Positions 63,067 to 64,000 of a stretch of 64,000 nt of DNA are shown piece by piece. Origin of the DNA: Octopus bimaculoides (lineage: Eukaryota); NCBI RefSeq assembly GCF_001194135.2, contig NC_069003.1, forward strand, positions 32,017,369-32,081,368. Reading direction: 5' to 3'. The notes below the pieces were generated by a model. That model made no database searches and was not told where the DNA came from. It was given only the letters and a program-made list of their open reading frames with translations. How positions within the stretch are numbered: the stretch's first letter is position 1; every line of letters starts with the position of its first letter. The translations under genes were made by a program, and so were the position numbers.

Positions 63067-63106
63067 GAGCTTCGCTGTCGGTATCACTTCCAAATAGCTC
63101 CTCCAT
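63067..63106 (-). CDS. LEO1: RNA polymerase-associated protein LEO1, coding exon 1 (MEELFGSDTDSEA)
   Basis: Matches human MADMEDLFGSDADSEA; donor C|GTATGT in phase 1. The 13 exons sum to 2823 nt = 940 aa + stop with no internal stop. Confidence 0.85.
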
Positions 63107-63119
63107 ATTGGCTATACCG

Positions 63120-63160
63120 TACCGGCGTGACGTCACACATCCACCAACTTCCTGTCACCT
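63120..63160 (-). promoter_or_regulatory. LEO1 proximal promoter motifs: CRE TGACGTCA (63128-63135) and ETS core CAGGAAGT (63147-63154)
   Basis: Perfect motifs within 50 nt of the start codon in a CpG-rich patch. Confidence 0.6.
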
Positions 63161-63184
63161 ACAATAAACATTGTAACTTTTCTT

Positions 63185-63800
63185 TAATTTATTTTTCCCA
63201 CTTTAAACTCAAATTAATTTTAATTTTTTAATTTCTATTAAAAATATAATATGTATATATAAAATAATTATATATTTCTGGTATTTATTGAAATGAAAGA
63301 TGATAATTTGCTTGTGAATATTACGCAAATAGTATTTCAAGTTCTTTCATTTTCTTTTTGTTTTCCATTCTAACTCAATTTAATTTCACTTCAGATTTTT
63401 TTTTCATTAAAAATTAATATATTAAAATATTACAAAATATTATATTGGTATTTAGGGAACAAAAGTAATAATATTTACTTACAAATATTATTTCAAGTTT
63501 TTTTTTTACCATTCTAACTAAATTTAATTTTTCGTGTTATTTCTCAGTAAAAGAAAATATAAAATGAAATAAACATTTAAAAATATATTTCTGGTATTTA
63601 CAGAGCGAAAAATAATGTTTACTTGTAAATATTACGCAAATATTGATTTCAATTTTTTTTGTGTGTGTTTTTCCACTCTAACTCACTTTTAATTTTCAAT
63701 TTTTCATTTTTAATTCTCATTAGAAAAAATAAATACATTTCCAAATATATTTTTGTATTTATTGAGTGAAATAGATTTTCTTGTGAATATTATGCAAAGT
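63185..63800. repeat. Degenerate AT-rich tandem array, about 4 copies, period about 150-165 bp
   Basis: Recurrent TTTTCCA(T/C)TCTAACT..ATTTAATT near 63195, 63361, 63507 and 63669, and recurrent TATTTCTGGTATTT / GTGAATATTACGCAAA. Confidence 0.7.
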
Positions 63801-64000
63801 ACAATTCACGTGACACAAACAAAGCCACATGTACCAGACAGACGGCTGTGTGATATGCTTACTGCTCTTCCGTCAGTGCTCTCAGTAGACGGGCGCACAT
63901 GTGGAAGTAAGAGAATTTCCCTTGCTTGAAGAAGGAGGGAAGGGATTTACACATATTTATATTTATATATTGCTCAGACTTGCTGGCCTTTTATTATTTT

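Overview
AT-rich eukaryotic (animal) genomic DNA, dense with microsatellites and broken by nine N-gaps. The SINE/MITE repertoire strongly resembles Octopus; this is an inference, not a search result. Four conserved housekeeping genes could be reconstructed by hand from splice sites and reading phase. (1) DNAJC21 coding exon 1 (minus, 2594-2690), missing from the ORF track. (2) An intronless MED17 CDS (plus, 3252-5117), head-to-head with DNAJC21. (3) A 4-exon MRGBP (minus, 13854-17339, 204 aa). (4) A 13-exon LEO1 (minus, 22733-63106, 940 aa) with a 22.5-kb first intron and a large exon of degenerate 11-aa Ser-Pro repeats. The best novelty candidate is an unrecognised plus-strand gene between MED17 and MRGBP: three small phase-compatible exons (9888-9936, 10218-10278, 10478-10511) with strong splice sites, a candidate first exon near 8176-8192, and back-to-back poly(A) signals possibly shared with MRGBP. 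Other points: ATA occupies the position of the conserved LEO1 Met1, MED17 may be a retrogene, and several TTAA-flanked piggyBac-like MITE families form inverted pairs in the LEO1 pre-mRNA. The rest is tRNA-derived and RTE-tailed SINEs, RTE/CR1/Penelope fragments, and mariner, hAT, pogo and Helentron-like elements. No rRNA, tRNA or CRISPR is supported. Repeat boundaries are by-eye estimates.
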